Assembly: GCF_044324875.1 (NCBI RefSeq)
Contig: NZ_CP172185.1
DNA: 64,000 bases
Reading direction: 5' to 3' (one strand)
Source: Escherichia coli
GTDB taxonomy: Bacteria; Pseudomonadota; Gammaproteobacteria; Enterobacterales; Enterobacteriaceae
Below, one piece after another: positions 9,403 through 23,330 of this stretch. The notes below the pieces were generated by a model. It did not search any database. It was not told the origin of the DNA and worked only from the letters and a program-made list of their open reading frames with translations. A program made the translations under genes and the position numbers. Position 1 is the first letter of the stretch, and every line of letters starts with the position of its first letter.

Positions 9403-12400
9403 ATGCAGGTCAGCAGAAGGCAGTTCTTTAAGATCTGCGCTGGCGGTATGGCAGGCACCACGGCGGCGGCACTGGGTTTTGCACCCAGCGTAGCACTCGC
9501 GGAAACCCGGCAGTATAAACTGCTGCGCACCCGCGAAACCCGTAATACCTGCACCTATTGTTCCGTAGGCTGTGGGCTGTTGATGTACAGCCTCGGTGAC
9601 GGAGCAAAAAACGCCAAAGCATCTATCTTCCATATCGAAGGCGATCCGGATCACCCGGTCAACCGCGGTGCACTTTGTCCGAAAGGCGCTGGCCTGGTGG
9701 ATTTCATCCACTCCGAAAGCCGTCTGAAGTTTCCGGAATACCGTGCGCCAGGTTCTGATAAATGGCAGCAAATCAGTTGGGAAGAGGCGTTTGATCGCAT
9801 CGCCAAACTGATGAAAGAAGACCGCGATGCTAACTACATTGCGCAAAACGCCGAAGGCGTGACAGTTAACCGCTGGCTCTCCACCGGGATGCTGTGTGCT
9901 TCCGCGTCGAGTAACGAAACCGGCTATTTAACGCAAAAATTCTCCCGCGCGCTGGGTATGCTCGCGGTCGACAACCAGGCGCGTGTCTGACACGGACCAA
10001 CGGTAGCAAGTCTTGCTCCAACATTTGGTCGCGGTGCGATGACCAACCACTGGGTCGACATCAAGAACGCCAACCTCGTCGTGGTGATGGGCGGTAACGC
10101 CGCTGAAGCTCACCCGGTCGGGTTCCGCTGGGCGATGGAAGCCAAAATTCACAACGGCGCGAAGCTGATTGTGATCGATCCTCGCTTTACGCGTACGGCG
10201 GCGGTGGCTGACTACTATGCCCCTATTCGTTCCGGTACTGACATTGCTTTCCTGTCAGGCGTATTGCTGTACCTGCTGAACAATGAAAAATTCAACCGCG
10301 AATACACCGAAGCCTATACCAACGCCAGCCTGATCGTGCGTGAGGATTACGGCTTTGAAGATGGCCTGTTCACCGGCTATGACGCGGAAAAACGCAAGTA
10401 CGATAAATCCTCCTGGACTTACGAACTGGACGAAAACGGCTTCGCCAAACGCGATACCACGCTGCAACATCCGCGCTGCGTGTGGAACTTGCTGAAACAG
10501 CACGTTTCCCGCTACACGCCAGATGTGGTTGAAAACATCTGTGGTACGCCAAAAGACGCGTTCCTGAAAGTCTGCGAATACATCGCAGAAACCAGTGCTC
10601 ACGATAAAACTGCCTCGTTCCTGTATGCCCTCGGCTGGACGCAACACTCCGTTGGTGCGCAAAACATTCGTACGATGGCGATGATCCAGCTGCTGCTCGG
10701 CAACATGGGGATGGCAGGCGGCGGCGTTAACGCCCTGCGCGGTCACTCCAATATTCAGGGGCTGACGGACCTGGGGCTGCTGTCGCAGAGCCTGCCAGGT
10801 TACATGACGCTGCCAAGCGAGAAGCAGACCGATCTGCAAACCTACCTTACCGCCAACACGCCAAAACCGCTGCTGGAAGGCCAGGTAAACTACTGGGGCA
10901 ACTACCCGAAATTCTTCGTCTCCATGATGAAGGCCTTCTTTGGTGATAAAGCGACGGCGGAAAATAGCTGGGGCTTTGACTGGTTGCCGAAGTGGGATAA
11001 AGGCTACGACGTCCTGCAATACTTCGAGATGATGAAAGAAGGCAAGGTCAATGGCTATATCTGCCAGGGCTTTAACCCTGTTGCCTCATTCCCGAACAAA
11101 AACAAAGTGATCAGTTGTCTGTCGAAACTGAAGTTCCTCGTCACTATCGACCCGCTGAACACTGAAACCTCTAACTTCTGGCAGAACCACGGTGAGCTGA
11201 ACGAAGTTGACTCGTCGAAGATCCAGACCGAAGTGTTCCGTCTGCCATCGACCTGCTTTGCGGAAGAGAACGGTTCTATCGTTAACTCCGGTCGCTGGTT
11301 GCAGTGGCACTGGAAAGGTGCGGACGCCCCAGGGATTGCGCTGACTGATGGCGAGATCCTCTCCGGTATCTTCCTGCGCTTGCGCAAGATGTATGCCGAA
11401 CAGGGTGGCGCGAACCCGGACCAGGTGCTGAACATGACCTGGAACTACGCTATCCCGCATGAGCCGAAGTCGGAAGAAGTAGCGATGGAGAGCAACGGTA
11501 AGGCGCTGGCCGATATTACCGATCCGGCAACCGGTGCGGTTATCGTCAAGAAAGGCCAACAACTTAGCTCGTTCGCCCAACTGCGCGATGACGGTACAAC
11601 CTCCTGTGGCTGCTGGATTTTCGCCGGTAGCTGGACGCCAGAAGGTAACCAGATGGCACGCCGTGATAACGCCGATCCGTCTGGCCTCGGTAACACGCTG
11701 GGCTGGGCATGGGCATGGCCGCTTAACCGCCGCATTCTGTATAACCGCGCCTCCGCAGATCCGCAGGGTAACCCGTGGGATCCGAAGCGTCAGTTGCTGA
11801 AATGGGACGGCACTAAGTGGACCGGCTGGGATATTCCGGACTACAGCGCAGCGCCTCCGGGTAGCGGCGTCGGGCCGTTTATCATGCAGCAGGAAGGCAT
11901 GGGGCGTCTGTTTGCCCTCGATAAGATGGCGGAAGGTCCGTTCCCGGAACACTACGAGCCGTTTGAAACGCCGCTGGGAACTAACCCGCTGCATCCAAAC
12001 GTTATCTCGAACCCGGCTGCACGTATCTTTAAAGACGACGCCGAAGCATTGGGTAAAGCCGATAAGTTCCCGTATGTCGGAACCACCTATCGTCTGACCG
12101 AGCACTTCCACTACTGGACCAAACACGCGCTGTTGAACGCGATTTTGCAACCAGAGCAGTTTGTGGAAATCGGGGAGTCGCTGGCGAATAAACTTGGCAT
12201 TGCCCAGGGCGATACCGTGAAAGTCTCCTCCAACCGTGGCTATATCAAAGCCAAAGCGGTGGTGACCAAACGTATTCGCACGCTGAAAGCGAACGGCAAA
12301 GATATCGATACCATCGGTATTCCGATTCACTGGGGCTATGAAGGTGTTGCGAAAAAAGGCTTTATTGCCAATACGTTAACGCCATTCGTTGGTGATGCGA

Positions 12401-12453
12401 ACACGCAGACGCCAGAGTTTAAGTCCTTCCTTGTGAATGTGGAAAAGGTGTAA
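9403..12453 (+). CDS. fdoG: Formate dehydrogenase-O major subunit, selenocysteine-containing (TGA at 9988-9990 decoded as Sec)
   Basis: Two same-frame ORFs (9403-9990 and 10039-12453) separated only by one in-frame TGA; Tat signal RRQFFK; Cys-rich Fe-S N-terminus; molybdopterin oxidoreductase body; total 1016 codons. Confidence 0.93.
9988..10040 (+). promoter_or_regulatory. Sec UGA codon plus downstream putative SECIS stem-loop
   Basis: Local inverted repeats immediately 3' of the in-frame TGA (AGCAAG..CTTGCT; GGACCAA..TTGGTC). Confidence 0.45.
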
Positions 12454-12465
12454 CGGAGACGACAT

Positions 12466-13368
12466 ATGGCTTATCAATCTCAAGATATCATTCGTCGTTC
12501 CGCGACTAACGGTCTGACCCCCGCGCCTCAGGCGCGGGACTTCCAGGAAGAAGTGGCGAAACTCATCGACGTCACCACCTGTATCGGCTGTAAAGCCTGT
12601 CAGGTGGCGTGTTCAGAGTGGAACGACATTCGCGATACCGTCGGCAATAACATTGGGGTGTACGACAACCCCAATGATTTAAGTGCCAAATCGTGGACGG
12701 TAATGCGCTTCTCGGAAGTGGAGCAGAACGACAAACTGGAATGGCTGATCCGCAAAGACGGCTGTATGCACTGTTCCGATCCAGGCTGCCTGAAAGCGTG
12801 CCCGGCGGAAGGAGCAATTATTCAGTATGCCAACGGTATCGTCGACTTCCAGTCCGAGCAGTGCATCGGCTGCGGTTATTGCATTGCGGGCTGTCCGTTC
12901 GACATTCCGCGCCTCAACCCGGAAGACAACCGCGTCTACAAATGTACGCTGTGCGTTGACCGCGTGGTGGTTGGGCAAGAACCGGCCTGCGTGAAGACCT
13001 GCCCAACGGGCGCGATTCACTTCGGTACGAAAGAGTCGATGAAAACGCTGGCGAGCGAGCGCGTGGCGGAGCTGAAAACTCGCGGTTACGACAATGCGGG
13101 TCTGTACGATCCGGCAGGCGTTGGTGGTACACACGTTATGTACGTGCTGCACCATGCTGACAAGCCAAATCTGTATCATGGCTTGCCGGAGAACCCGGAA
13201 ATCAGCGAAACCGTGAAATTCTGGAAAGGCATCTGGAAACCGCTCGCGGCTGTTGGCTTTGCGGCTACCTTTGCGGCCAGTATCTTCCACTACGTGGGTG
13301 TCGGTCCGAACCGTGCGGATGAGGAAGAGAATAATCTGCACGAAGAGAAAGACGAGGAGCGCAAATGA
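12466..13368 (+). CDS. fdoH: Formate dehydrogenase-O iron-sulfur subunit
   Basis: 300-aa ORF with multiple CxxCxxCxxxCP ferredoxin motifs. Confidence 0.93.
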
Positions 13369-14000
13369 AACGACGTGACACCATCGTGCGCTACACCGCG
13401 CCGGAACGTATCAACCACTGGATCACCGCCTTCTGCTTCATCCTGGCGGCGGTGAGCGGGCTGGGCTTTTTGTTCCCGTCCTTCAACTGGTTGATGCAAA
13501 TCATGGGCACACCGCAGCTGGCGCGAATTCTGCACCCGTTTGTCGGCGTGGTTATGTTTGCCTCGTTCATCATCATGTTTTTCCGTTACTGGCATCACAA
13601 CCTAATCAATCGGGATGATATCTTTTGGGCGAAGAATATTCGTAAGATCGTCGTCAACGAGGAAGTAGGTGACACCGGGCGTTATAACTTCGGTCAGAAA
13701 TGCGTTTTCTGGGCGGCGATTATTTTCCTGGTTCTGCTGCTGGTGAGCGGCGTGATTATCTGGCGTCCTTATTTTGCGCCTGCTTTCTCAATCCCGGTGA
13801 TCCGATTCGCGTTAATGCTGCATTCATTTGCCGCAGTGGCGTTAATTGTGGTTATCATGGTGCATATCTACGCCGCCCTTTGGGTGAAAGGCACGATTAC
13901 CGCCATGGTGGAAGGATGGGTTACCAGCGCCTGGGCGAAGAAACATCACCCGCGCTGGTACCGTGAGGTCCGCAAGACAACGGAAAAGAAAGCTGAATGA
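13365..14000 (+). CDS. fdoI: Formate dehydrogenase-O cytochrome b556 subunit
   Basis: 211-aa membrane protein; start overlaps fdoH stop. Confidence 0.93.
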
Positions 14001-14926
14001 GTATTCGCATAATCCCGCAAGATGAGCTGGGTTCGAGCGAGAAACGTACGGCGGATATGATTCCGCCGTTATTGTTCCCTCGGCTCAAGAATTTATACAA
14101 CCGCCGCGCCGAGCGTCTGCGCGAGCTGGCAGAAAATAATCCGCTGGGTGATTATCTGCGCTTTGCTGCGCTTATCGCCCACGCCCAGGAAGTGGTGCTG
14201 TACGACCATCCGCTGGAAATGGATTTGACCGCACGCATTAAAGAAGCCAGCGCACAAGGCAAGCCCCCGCTGGATATTCACGTTCTACCGCGTGATAAGC
14301 ACTGGCAAAAGCTGCTGATGGCGCTGATTGCTGAGCTGAAACCTGAAATGAGCGGCCCGGCGCTGGCAGTGATTGAGAATCTGGAGAAGGCATCGACCCA
14401 GGAGCTGGAAGATATGGCCAGCGCACTGTTTGCCTCTGATTTCTCGTCCGTCAGCAGTGATAAAGCGCCGTTTATCTGGGCTGCGCTGTCGCTCTACTGG
14501 GCGCAGATGGCTAATCTGATCCCCGGCAAAGCCCGCGCTGAATACGGCGAACAACGTCAATATTGCCCGGTATGTGGCTCTATGCCGGTGTCCAGCATGG
14601 TGCAAATTGGCACCACTCAGGGGCTGCGTTACCTGCACTGCAACCTGTGTGAAACCGAATGGCACGTAGTGCGCGTAAAATGCAGCAACTGCGAGCAGAG
14701 CGGCAAACTGCATTACTGGTCGCTGGATGACGAACAGGCCGCGATTAAAGCCGAAAGCTGCGATGACTGCGGCACTTACCTGAAGATTCTTTATCAGGAA
14801 AAAGAACCGAAAGTTGAAGCCGTGGCAGATGACCTCGCCTCTCTGGTTCTGGATGCGCGAATGGAGCAAGAAGGCTACGCCCGCAGTTCCATCAACCCGT
14901 TCCTGTTTCCGGGTGAAGGGGAGTAA
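13997..14926 (+). CDS. fdhE: Formate dehydrogenase formation protein
   Basis: 309-aa ORF with paired CxxC motifs; start overlaps fdoI stop. Confidence 0.93.
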   Translation: MSIRIIPQDELGSSEKRTADMIPPLLFPRLKNLYNRRAERLRELAENNPLGDYLRFAALIAHAQEVVLYDHPLEMDLTARIKEASAQGKPPLDIHVLPRDKHWQKLLMALIAELKPEMSGPALAVIENLEKASTQELEDMASALFASDFSSVSSDKAPFIWAALSLYWAQMANLIPGKARAEYGEQRQYCPVCGSMPVSSMVQIGTTQGLRYLHCNLCETEWHVVRVKCSNCEQSGKLHYWSLDDEQAAIKAESCDDCGTYLKILYQEKEPKVEAVADDLASLVLDARMEQEGYARSSINPFLFPGEGE

Positions 14927-15108
14927 TCTCTGACGTTTTCCGGGTGGCGCTGGTCGCCCGGATTACTGTTGATAGGATGTGGTGACACCCTCTCTCGTAT
15001 TCCGCGTTACCCATTCAAGACCAAGCCATTAGTGCCTGTTTGGCCTCATTCTTCCCGCCAACACATCGATAAGGTTATTGGTATGTCACTGATGACAAGC
15101 GTAAGATT

Positions 15109-16119
<1,011 letters not shown>

Positions 16120-16203
16120 TGATTGGCATCCTGCCAGTCACTCCGGGAATTAACTCTTTTCACCACAGTCTCCATTGCCGTGTTTAAACCAGTGGAGACG
16201 TCA

Positions 16204-17769
16204 ATGTCCAGAAAGAGAAAATCCAGGAGCACTATGGAAACCTGTTTTAAGATCCTTCAGCTCAAGTTCGACAAGAAGCTGACTAACCGTTGTATCGGAC
16301 TGACGTTACACATCAGCGCCTCAACCGTTTTTGAGGTTCTTGCCCGCTTCAAAGCCTCTTCTCTGTCATGGCCATTACCTGCTGATATATCCCATGACAC
16401 GCTGGAGAAACTCATTTTTCCGCCCAAAGACACCTTTGCATCAGAGCTTGTAATGCCTGACATGTTGTACTTCGATACGGAAATGAGAAAACCAGGTGTG
16501 ACGCGGCAACTGTTGTGGATGGAATACAAGGCACAGGCGGGTAACAAAGCGATGGGATACTCGCACTTCTGCCGTTGCTACCGGGAGTGGAAAAAAACGC
16601 GACGTCTCTCCATGCGCCAGGAGCATCGTGCCGGCGAAAAGCTTTTTATCGACTTCTGTGGTCCTACGGTTCCTGTTATTAATCCGGACACCGGTGAGAT
16701 ACGCCGCGTGGCAATCTTCGTGGCCGTAATGGGGGCGTCCAACTATACCTACGTTGAAGCGTGCGAAGGTCAGGACATGATGTCATGGTTAAATGCCCAC
16801 AGCCGTTGCCTGACCTTCCTGGGCGGCGTACCGAAGCTGCTCATCCCCGATAACCTCAGAAGCGCAGTGAAAAAGGCCGATCGATATGAGCCTGTCATCA
16901 ACGACAGTTATCAGGCACTGGCTGAGCACTATGGCACGGTTATCATCCCGGCCCGACCACGCAAACCTAAAGATAAACCAAAAGCAGAAAACGGCGTCCT
17001 CATCGTTGAACGATGGCTTCTTGCCCGCATCCGTAATGAAACCTTCCACACGCTCAGGGCGCTGAATGCGCGCCTTAGGGAGTTACTGACAGACATGAAT
17101 AACCGGCCAATGAAGGGGTACGGCAATCAAACCCGTGCAGAACGCTTCCGCATACTGGATGCGCCAGCACTCTCTCCGCTGCCTCTGGCACCTTATGAAT
17201 ACACGGAATACAAAGCTGTGAAGGTTGGCCCTGACTACCACGTTGAATATGCCCGTCACTGGTACTCCGTTCCACACGAACTGGTCGGTCAGCGTCTGTC
17301 ACTGAAGGCGGGGCAGTCGGTGGTACAGCTCTGGCACAAGGGGCAGTGTGTGGCGCAACATCCGCGCAGCACACATGAATATAAACACACAACCAATCCG
17401 CTTCACATGCCAGAGCGCCACCGGCAGCACGGGACATGGACACCGGAACGCCTGATCGAGCAGGGAAAACGTACGGGCCCGTCCACAGGCCGGGTGGTTG
17501 AATCCATGCTGAAGGCAAAACCCCATCCGGAACTGGCTTATCGTGCAGTTCTGGGGCTGCTGGCACTTCAGAAAAAATACGGCCCGGAACGGCTGGAAAA
17601 GGCCTGTTACGTTGCCCTGCACTATAACGCCCCTGACAGACGCTTTATCGACAATCTGCTGCGTCACCATCGGGAGAACCTGGAGCTTCCATTATCCCGC
17701 CAGGGCGAACAACATCCGGCATATGCTTCAGAGCATGAAAACCTGCGTGGTCCGGGCTACTACCACTGA
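16204..17769 (+). CDS. istA: IS21-family transposase IstA
   Basis: Large ORF with HTH N-terminus and integrase-like core; start uncertain (16204 or 16234). Confidence 0.8.
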   Translation: MSRKRKSRSTMETCFKILQLKFDKKLTNRCIGLTLHISASTVFEVLARFKASSLSWPLPADISHDTLEKLIFPPKDTFASELVMPDMLYFDTEMRKPGVTRQLLWMEYKAQAGNKAMGYSHFCRCYREWKKTRRLSMRQEHRAGEKLFIDFCGPTVPVINPDTGEIRRVAIFVAVMGASNYTYVEACEGQDMMSWLNAHSRCLTFLGGVPKLLIPDNLRSAVKKADRYEPVINDSYQALAEHYGTVIIPARPRKPKDKPKAENGVLIVERWLLARIRNETFHTLRALNARLRELLTDMNNRPMKGYGNQTRAERFRILDAPALSPLPLAPYEYTEYKAVKVGPDYHVEYARHWYSVPHELVGQRLSLKAGQSVVQLWHKGQCVAQHPRSTHEYKHTTNPLHMPERHRQHGTWTPERLIEQGKRTGPSTGRVVESMLKAKPHPELAYRAVLGLLALQKKYGPERLEKACYVALHYNAPDRRFIDNLLRHHRENLELPLSRQGEQHPAYASEHENLRGPGYYH

Positions 17770-17785
17770 CAGAAGGAACAACAGT

Positions 17786-19117
<1,332 letters not shown>

Positions 19118-19159
19118 TGAACTGCACCCCAAATGTTGGACATAATCTGACATCTGAAG

Positions 19160-19690
19160 GTGCAGTTTATGAAACATTCATTTGAAGTAAAACTTGCCGC
19201 TGTAAATCACTACCTGGCTGGTCATGCAGGCATCATTTCTACGGCAAAACTCTTTCAACTTTCTCACACCAGCCTCTCACACTGGATTAATCTTTTTCTT
19301 CTTCACGGTCCTCGGGCACTGGATTGCAGACACAAGCGTAGCTATTCTCCTGAAGATAAACTTTGCGTGGTTCTTTATGCTCTCGGGCATTCTGAGTCTC
19401 TACCCCGGGTAGCTGCCCGGTTTAACATTCCCAGCCACAACACGGTTAAAAACTGGATAAAAGGCTACCGCAAATCTGGTAATGAGGCCTTTATCAGGCG
19501 CTGGAAGGAGAAAAGCATGACCCGTTCTGATGATACCCATGAAAACGAGGCAAACATGACGCCGGAAGAGATGAAGAATGAGCTGCGTTATCTTCGCGCA
19601 GAAAATGCATATCTGAAAGCCATGCAGGAGCATCTCCTGGAAAAAAAGCGCCAGGAGCTGGAGAAAAAACGAAAGTCATCCGGAGCCTGA
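19160..19690 (+). CDS. IS3-family transposase OrfA (HTH)
   Basis: 176-aa ORF with HTH and leucine-zipper-like C-terminus. Confidence 0.8.
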   Translation: MQFMKHSFEVKLAAVNHYLAGHAGIISTAKLFQLSHTSLSHWINLFLLHGPRALDCRHKRSYSPEDKLCVVLYALGHSESLPRVAARFNIPSHNTVKNWIKGYRKSGNEAFIRRWKEKSMTRSDDTHENEANMTPEEMKNELRYLRAENAYLKAMQEHLLEKKRQELEKKRKSSGA

Positions 19691-19794
19691 GGTGCGGACA
19701 CTGCCAGTCTGACCTGTTAAAGGCTGCAGGGCTGGCCAGAAGCACGCTGTACTACCAGCTGTCACTGCAGAAGGCTAAGGACAAGTATGCTGAT

Positions 19795-20576
<782 letters not shown>

Positions 20577-20786
20577 ACGCACGTTGTCAGCAAATGGCGA
20601 AAAAAGTCCCCTTGTTGAATCTTTAAAGAAAGTGTATTTACGCATCACTTTTTATTTTTGCGAGGCGTTTTTCAGATATGAAGTAACAGTTGCAGTTATT
20701 ATAAGTTCAAGTAAAACAGCCTCGTATTAATTCCAGAATAAGGGCATCTGGCTTTTTATTTAATATTCAAGAATGAAAAGTTTTTG

Positions 20787-21005
20787 TCATTCCTTATGCT
20801 CATGACACTCATCATCAACACCTGCTACCTCATCCCTTTGCCTACCGCCTTTTACCTTACGCACCGGAAATTGCTGCCGCTCCAGATATTGCTCCACCGC
20901 TTCGCGTAAAATTGCAGATCGTGAAACCTTACGCCAGCCCCGAAGCTTGTTCAGCCGTTTAATTGCCTCGTCTGATAAATGAAGAAAAACCGTACTCATC
21001 ACCAT
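20787..21005 (-). CDS. yiiE: Ribbon-helix-helix (CopG-like) small DNA-binding protein
   Basis: 72-aa product from ATG 21005 (MVMSTVFLHLSDEAIKRLNKLRGW...); GAGGGGG RBS. Confidence 0.7.
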   Translation of the reverse strand: MVMSTVFLHLSDEAIKRLNKLRGWRKVSRSAILREAVEQYLERQQFPVRKVKGGRQRDEVAGVDDECHEHKE

Positions 21006-21253
21006 CGCCACCCCCTCACATATATCTCTCGTCAATGCATGGTGCGAAAATTACGCCGAAAATTTAATTAATAAAAGCTGATTTTTGCATCTTGTTTTAT
21101 TTTTGCGAGACGTTTTCCAGAAATAATGCAACAGTTGCAGTTATTTCAATTAATATTAAAAAACGGTTCAGCTATCATCCGGGATGATTTACTATTCTTC
21201 ATCAGGTGCTGGCGCACCCACAGGAAAGAAACGATAAACAATAAGGATGAGTT

Positions 21254-21724
21254 ATGGATGCTGATAATATATTATATTCAGGAATGTTTATTTTTTTGAT
21301 CGGTTTTGCATGGATCTTCGGTTGCATCATCCGCATGGTGTACCCGAAAAAAGTCAGCGTCTTTACCGCTCCAGGCTTTAGCGGCGCTGTTACCCTGCCA
21401 AAAGCAGGTGACTATGCGGTGACAATTACACTCCCGCTCAAAAGCGGTATTGCGTCATATCTCCCTGGCGCGAGCTTTTATTCAGCACAGTTTACCATTA
21501 CCGCCTCTGAGAGCCAGCAAGCAATAGCACTACAACGTAAAGGAAAGTGGGGAGCTAATTCTTATAACAAGGATTTTATCGGTAATAAAAGCCATATTAT
21601 TGGGGTATTTAATTGCCCTCAAGCCACGGAGAATTACGACATAGTTTGCACTAATCCACAGATTATTCACGACACCTATAAAGTGGAAATCATAAACTAT
21701 ATCTCTCTCTCGGAAAAAGAATGA
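21254..21724 (+). CDS. Hypothetical membrane-anchored protein
   Basis: 156-aa ORF; AAGGA RBS; N-terminal hydrophobic helix then Ser/Thr/Gly-rich domain; AT-rich. Confidence 0.55.
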   Translation: MDADNILYSGMFIFLIGFAWIFGCIIRMVYPKKVSVFTAPGFSGAVTLPKAGDYAVTITLPLKSGIASYLPGASFYSAQFTITASESQQAIALQRKGKWGANSYNKDFIGNKSHIIGVFNCPQATENYDIVCTNPQIIHDTYKVEIINYISLSEKE

Positions 21725-21795
21725 TGCAAACCATCCCCGGTTGGATCCTTGTTTTTATTGCGGTGGGGTTAATTATTATTCCGCAAGTAAGTTAA
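21721..21795 (+). CDS. Possible 24-aa hydrophobic peptide overlapping the stop of the upstream gene
   Basis: ATGATG overlapping upstream TGA; MMQTIPGWILVFIAVGLIIIPQVS is a single transmembrane-like helix. Confidence 0.25.
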   Translation: MMQTIPGWILVFIAVGLIIIPQVS

Positions 21796-21832
21796 TGGCA
21801 GAGATTACTGCACTGCATCCATCGCAGACCGG

Positions 21833-22141
21833 TCAGTGCTGCCACCAACCGGTCTTTACTTGGTAGTAGTAGTAATTTTGCGGATAACAGTCCGGGAACC
21901 AGACAATTCCTTGTGGATCATCCCCCTTCATCACCCGATAGCATTGGCGTCGATCATCGGCGCGGCGACGAAGAGTAGTATAAAGCCGTTTCCACTCATG
22001 ATCGCCCGGTGTACTGTAGTTTACCCAACACTCCATTGAAGGGTGACGCCATTTACCTGTCAGTGTTGGGATCCCTGAATGATTATGCAGCTTCGCTTTA
22101 CCATTACGATCCCTATCTTTACGCGTATTAAGCGTGGACAT
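21833..22141 (-). CDS. Hypothetical basic protein (102 aa)
   Basis: ORF with AGGAG RBS 8 nt upstream of ATG; no recognisable domain. Confidence 0.5.
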   Translation of the reverse strand: MSTLNTRKDRDRNGKAKLHNHSGIPTLTGKWRHPSMECWVNYSTPGDHEWKRLYTTLRRRADDRRQCYRVMKGDDPQGIVWFPDCYPQNYYYYQVKTGWWQH

Positions 22142-22202
22142 TTTTAGTCTCCTGTTAAGAGTTCTAAAAATGTGCTTCCTTAAAATAGTTCATCATTTTC
22201 CC

Positions 22203-22415
22203 TTAATTCGCATAGCGTGCTTTTGCTCGAATTTCCGATACGCGGGGACCATTATGATAGCGTCGATGCCCACACATCCAACAAGAACAAATACAGGGAG
22301 TACGAAAGCAAATACCTGATGCTTTTTTGCTTCCATCGCCTGCAGTGCGATAACGGCAGCGGATTTTTTTTAATCGCGCCATATGATGGCGACGTTCAGC
22401 ACGATTACGGGTCAT
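22203..22415 (-). CDS. Hypothetical Arg-rich, Cys-rich small protein (70 aa)
   Basis: ORF with AGGAG RBS; CFRTPCICSCWMCGH cluster suggests metal binding; RBS lies in a hairpin arm. Confidence 0.5.
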   Translation of the reverse strand: MTRNRAERRHHMARLKKIRCRYRTAGDGSKKASGICFRTPCICSCWMCGHRRYHNGPRVSEIRAKARYAN

Positions 22416-22422
22416 AGTAAAA

Positions 22423-22528
22423 CTCCTGAGCAGGCGGCACTATGCCGCTTTCATAGGAGTTCTGAATGCTGGTGCTTTCTGTATGGCATAACCATGCCTC
22501 TAACGGTTAAGTGCCTGCAGCACATGTT
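22423..22528. repeat. Copy 1 of a ~100-bp repeat containing a 37-bp palindrome
   Basis: About 85 percent identical to 24240-24343; overlaps the last codons of the HigA-like gene. Confidence 0.6.
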
Positions 22529-22790
22529 GCGGATCATTGGCAATCGCTCGCAGCAAAGCCTTTGCAGGCCCAGTCGGTGAACGTCGCCCCTGCTCCCAGT
22601 TACGCAACGTGTCTACGCTTACGGAAATAAGTTCGGCAAATTTAGATTGTGACAACCCTGAAGCGCGGCGTATTTCTTTGATTTTCATAGCATCAACTTC
22701 AAAAGTCCGTGAAGGGTGTCGCGTTCCTTCAATAATTTCATTCATCTGGGCCATGCTGTGAGTCAACCGCTCAAAAAGTGCCTTATCCAT
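22500..22790 (-). CDS. HTH (XRE-family) antitoxin, HigA-like
   Basis: 96-aa ORF; HTH region SGLSQSKFAELISVSVDTLRNWEQG; start directly after toxin gene stop. Confidence 0.75.
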   Translation of the reverse strand: MDKALFERLTHSMAQMNEIIEGTRHPSRTFEVDAMKIKEIRRASGLSQSKFAELISVSVDTLRNWEQGRRSPTGPAKALLRAIANDPQHVLQALNR

Positions 22791-23102
22791 TTACCACCTC
22801 GTATTTAACAACCGGAGCATTGATTTTTCCTGGGGAGACAGATCATCTTTAATACCCTTACGATAAATAAGCAGTAATCTGATCTCATAATGTTTAACCT
22901 GATGAAAGTAAATAACCCTGACACCAGCACGTTTCCCCTTTCCTCCTGACACCCATCGAACCTTTCTTAACCCACCAGTTTCAGGTATTACCTCACCATA
23001 GTCAGGATTCAAGGCCAGGAAAAACTGAAAACGACTGAATTCATCGTCGGTCAGCAGTTTTTGAACATCTTCAGTAAAAATTTCCGTTTCGATGAAGAGC
23101 AT
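22791..23102 (-). CDS. RelE/HigB-superfamily toxin
   Basis: 103-aa ORF with KGKRAGVRVIY motif; toxin-first gene order typical of HigBA-type modules. Confidence 0.7.
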   Translation of the reverse strand: MLFIETEIFTEDVQKLLTDDEFSRFQFFLALNPDYGEVIPETGGLRKVRWVSGGKGKRAGVRVIYFHQVKHYEIRLLLIYRKGIKDDLSPQEKSMLRLLNTRW

Positions 23103-23330
23103 AATTATACGCCATTGGCTTAGAGTAACAATCCTTTTTGTACGTCATTGACGTACCCTTGAAACCACTAGCTTACTGATAGTGCTCCAGCAAAACCACG
23201 TCTCTGCCGGGTTTGTCTTTACATTTGCGAGGCGCTTTCCAGATTTTTCACGCCCGTGAATTTCCCTGTATCCATCCAGCAAAAACGGGTGTATAAAACT
23301 GTACATTCATACAGCAAAATGAGTTCTACT

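Noticed and set aside
11086-12330. 414-aa ORF antisense to fdoG (also 10255-11019)
   Set aside because: Lies entirely inside the well-supported fdoG coding region on the opposite strand; typical GC-rich antisense open frame.
16123-16203. Upstream extension of istA to position 16123
   Set aside because: Extension begins within the IS terminal repeats and lacks an RBS; ATG at 16204 or 16234 with a GGAG-type RBS is more plausible.
22217-22417. 66-aa plus-strand ORF overlapping the 70-aa minus-strand gene
   Set aside because: No RBS; the minus-strand ORF has a canonical AGGAG and fits the operon orientation.
23256-23330. GTG-initiated N-terminal extension of the esterase
   Set aside because: No RBS upstream of the GTG and the extension overlaps the repeated promoter-like motif; start left as uncertain.
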